From Vicinamibacteria bacterium (GTDB lineage Bacteria; Acidobacteriota; Vicinamibacteria; Marinacidobacterales; Marinacidobacteraceae): DNA of 64,000 nucleotides. Under the pieces are notes generated by a model. The model did not search any database, was not told the DNA's origin, and saw only the letters and a program-made list of their open reading frames with translations. Location of the stretch: positions 96,001 to 160,000 of the forward strand of contig CAXXLQ010000004.1 in the NCBI GenBank assembly GCA_963668695.2, in the 5' to 3' direction. Positions 62,019-64,000 of the stretch are shown one piece after another; within the stretch, counting starts at the first letter, position 1; each line of letters opens with the position of its first letter. A program made the translations under genes and the position numbers.

Positions 62019-62269
62019 CAGCCGGTGGTGGAACTCGCGTGAGCGCCGAGAGCGGGGAGGCCCAGTTCTCCCGGTGGGGCCAGTCCTCCCGGTGGGGGCC
62101 CGGCTGACAAGGCGCGCGAGGGAGGAGCCCCCACCGGGAGAACTGGCCCGAGTGTATTTCGACCGAAGCGCAACGCAGAGCGCCGCAAAGCGGCGCGGTT
62201 CAGACGGGATGCATCGCCGCTCGAGCCCCCACCGGGAGAACTGGGCCGCGTGAGTTTCACCACAGGCTG
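62019..62269. mobile_element. MITE (main family)
   Basis: CAGCCGGTGGTGGAACTC...GAGTTTCACCACAGGCTG|TTAA. Confidence 0.85.
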
Positions 62270-62273
62270 TTAA

Positions 62274-62452
62274 CAGCCGGTGGTGGAACCCGGGTGAGCG
62301 CCGAGAGCGGTGAGGCGCCCGGCTGACAAGGCGCGTGAGGGAGCAATACCTGGTGTATTTCGACCGAAACGCAACGCAGAACGGAGCGAAGCGGAGTGGT
62401 TCAGCCGGGATGCATCGCCGCTCGAACGCCGCCTGGGTTTCACCACAGGCTG
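62274..62452. mobile_element. MITE with TTAA duplication, tandem with the previous copy
   Basis: TTAA|CAGCCGGTGGTGGAACCC...GGGTTTCACCACAGGCTG|TTAA. Confidence 0.88.
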
Positions 62453-62509
62453 TTAAAGTCTCCGGTCGGTTTGAGTTCGGAACCGGATATCCACCCCGCG
62501 CGTGGCGGG

Positions 62510-63607
62510 ATGCGGCTTCACCTGGAGGACGGTGCCGGCTTTTCTGGCACCTCGTTCGGCGTCAGCCTGGATCGACCAGTGGCGGGGGAAGTTGTGTTCA
62601 ACACCGGCATGGCGGGCTACGTGGAAACCCTTACCGACCCGTCGTACCGGGGGCAGATTCTGGTTCTCACGTATCCCCTGCAGGGGAACTACGGCGTTCC
62701 GCCGGCGCGCCCCGACGGCTCCATCGCCGGGCCCTTCGAGTCGGGTCGGATTCAGGTCCAGGGCCTGGTGGTCCAACACCATGAACCGCACTACAGCCAC
62801 CACGCCGGAGTCCGCTCCCTCGGCGCCTGGTTGAAGGCCGAGGGGGTTCCCGGCATCGAGGGCGTGGACACCCGGGCCCTGACCATGCGTCTTCGCGAGG
62901 TCGGGACGATGCGCGGCGTGCTTTTCCCGGCCGGCCTGGCGCCTTCCGAAGCCTTCGAGAGCGCTTCCGCCGTCGAAATGCATCGCCAGGTCTTCGAGGA
63001 GGTCGTGCCGCGAACCCCCGTGCGCTACGGCCCCCCGGACGGGCCGGAAGTGCTGCTGGTGGACGTGGGCGCCAAGGACAACATCGTCCGCTCGCTGGTC
63101 TCCCGGGGCGCGCGGGTTCACCGGGTGTCGGGTCTCGCACCGTTTGCGGAGGCCGCCCGCTCCGCCACCGGGATCGTGCTCGGGAACGGCCCCGGCGATC
63201 CGGGCGACCTTCAAGACCTCGCGAGCGAACTCCGATCGGTGATGGAGTGGTTCCAGGGTCCGATCTTCGGTGTCTGCCTCGGCAATCAGCTCCTCGCCAT
63301 GGCGGCGGGAGCCCGGACCTTCAAGCTGCCCTACGGGCATCGCAGCGTGAACCAGCCGGTTCGGGATCTCGTGAGCGGCCGCTCGTTCATTACGAGCCAG
63401 AACCACGGTTACGCGGTGGACGAAGCGAGCCTGCCCGACGGCTGGGAGCCGTGGTTCGAGAATCTCAACGACGGCACCAACGAGGGGATCCGGTCGCTCG
63501 CGCGGCCCTTCCGGAGCATCCAATTCCATCCGGAAGCTCACCCCGGCCCCGAGGATACGGCCACCCTCTTCGACGATTTCCTCGAGGCGTGCGTTAGCAG
63601 CCTGTGA
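62510..63607 (+). CDS. carA: Carbamoyl-phosphate synthase small subunit
   Basis: [37 protein letters not shown] and QFHPEA motifs. Start ATG 62510 or TTG 62471; the last codons lie in the MITE end. Confidence 0.93.
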   Translation: MRLHLEDGAGFSGTSFGVSLDRPVAGEVVFNTGMAGYVETLTDPSYRGQILVLTYPLQGNYGVPPARPDGSIAGPFESGRIQVQGLVVQHHEPHYSHHAGVRSLGAWLKAEGVPGIEGVDTRALTMRLREVGTMRGVLFPAGLAPSEAFESASAVEMHRQVFEEVVPRTPVRYGPPDGPEVLLVDVGAKDNIVRSLVSRGARVHRVSGLAPFAEAARSATGIVLGNGPGDPGDLQDLASELRSVMEWFQGPIFGVCLGNQLLAMAAGARTFKLPYGHRSVNQPVRDLVSGRSFITSQNHGYAVDEASLPDGWEPWFENLNDGTNEGIRSLARPFRSIQFHPEAHPGPEDTATLFDDFLEACVSSL

Positions 63608-63812
63608 ACAAGGTCACGCGGCGTTCGGCGGGCGATACATCCCGGCTGAACCGCCCCCCCACCGGGAGAACTGGCGCTTCGCTTCGCTCATCGTTGCGCT
63701 TCGGTCGAAATACATCCGGGCCAGTTCTCCCGGTGGGGGCTCCTCCCTCGCGCGCCTTGTCAGCCGAGCGTCTCACCCGCCTCGGCGCTCACGCCACCTT
63801 GTCCACAGGCTA
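63598..63812. mobile_element. MITE between carA and carB
   Basis: TTAG|CAGCCTGTGAACAAGG...CCTTGTCCACAGGCTA|ctca. Confidence 0.88.
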
Positions 63813-63818
63813 CTCACG

Positions 63819-64000
63819 ATGAGCAGCCGGGCGACGAAACCCGGTTCCGTCATCGTTCTCGGTTCGGGAGCCCTCCAGATCGGCCAGGCGGGAGAGTTCG
63901 ACTACTCGGGATCCCAGGCCATCAAGGCGCTCAGCGAAGAGGGCGTTCGCACCGTCCTCGTGAACCCGAACATCGCCACCATCCAGACCAGCGAAGGGAT
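63819..64000 (+). CDS. carB: Carbamoyl-phosphate synthase large subunit (5' part, runs off the window)
   Basis: Manual translation [57 protein letters not shown]. Confidence 0.93.
   Translation, partial: MSSRATKPGSVIVLGSGALQIGQAGEFDYSGSQAIKALSEEGVRTVLVNPNIATIQTSEG

Overview
A 64-kb, very GC-rich bacterial chromosomal segment. The gene content (Oar-like TonB-dependent receptor, VPS10/BNR, NHL, ankyrin, DUF885, DUF1028 proteins) suggests Acidobacteriota, possibly host-associated; this is inference only. About 43 genes can be supported. Housekeeping genes: pepA, acs, trkA plus two trkH, tkt, ltaE, carA and the start of carB. Accessory loci: (i) a desaturase / condensation-like acyltransferase / GH3-ligase operon; (ii) an exported amide or gamma-glutamyl processing locus (TonB-dependent receptor, three CapA-like proteins, GGT, two asparaginase-like proteins, a Tat amidase); (iii) parDE plus an AAA/DUF4143 gene; (iv) an ATPase / nuclease-like cassette bracketed by ~66-bp inverted repeats. 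The non-coding DNA is dominated by repeats. There are about 14 copies of a MITE family with CAGCCTGTGG-type ends at CTAG/TTAA sites, a ~19-bp module (CCAGTTCTCCCGGTGGGGG) in many contexts, a 90-bp tandem array nested in one MITE, and a 1.4-kb array of ~54 GAACTCCACGCTGGAG hairpin cores. At two operon junctions the MITE supplies the upstream stop codon and carries a short ORF overlapping both neighbours (GTGA...ATGA). No rRNA, tRNA, CRISPR-Cas or transposase gene was recognised. All calls come from motif reading by eye; no database searches were run.
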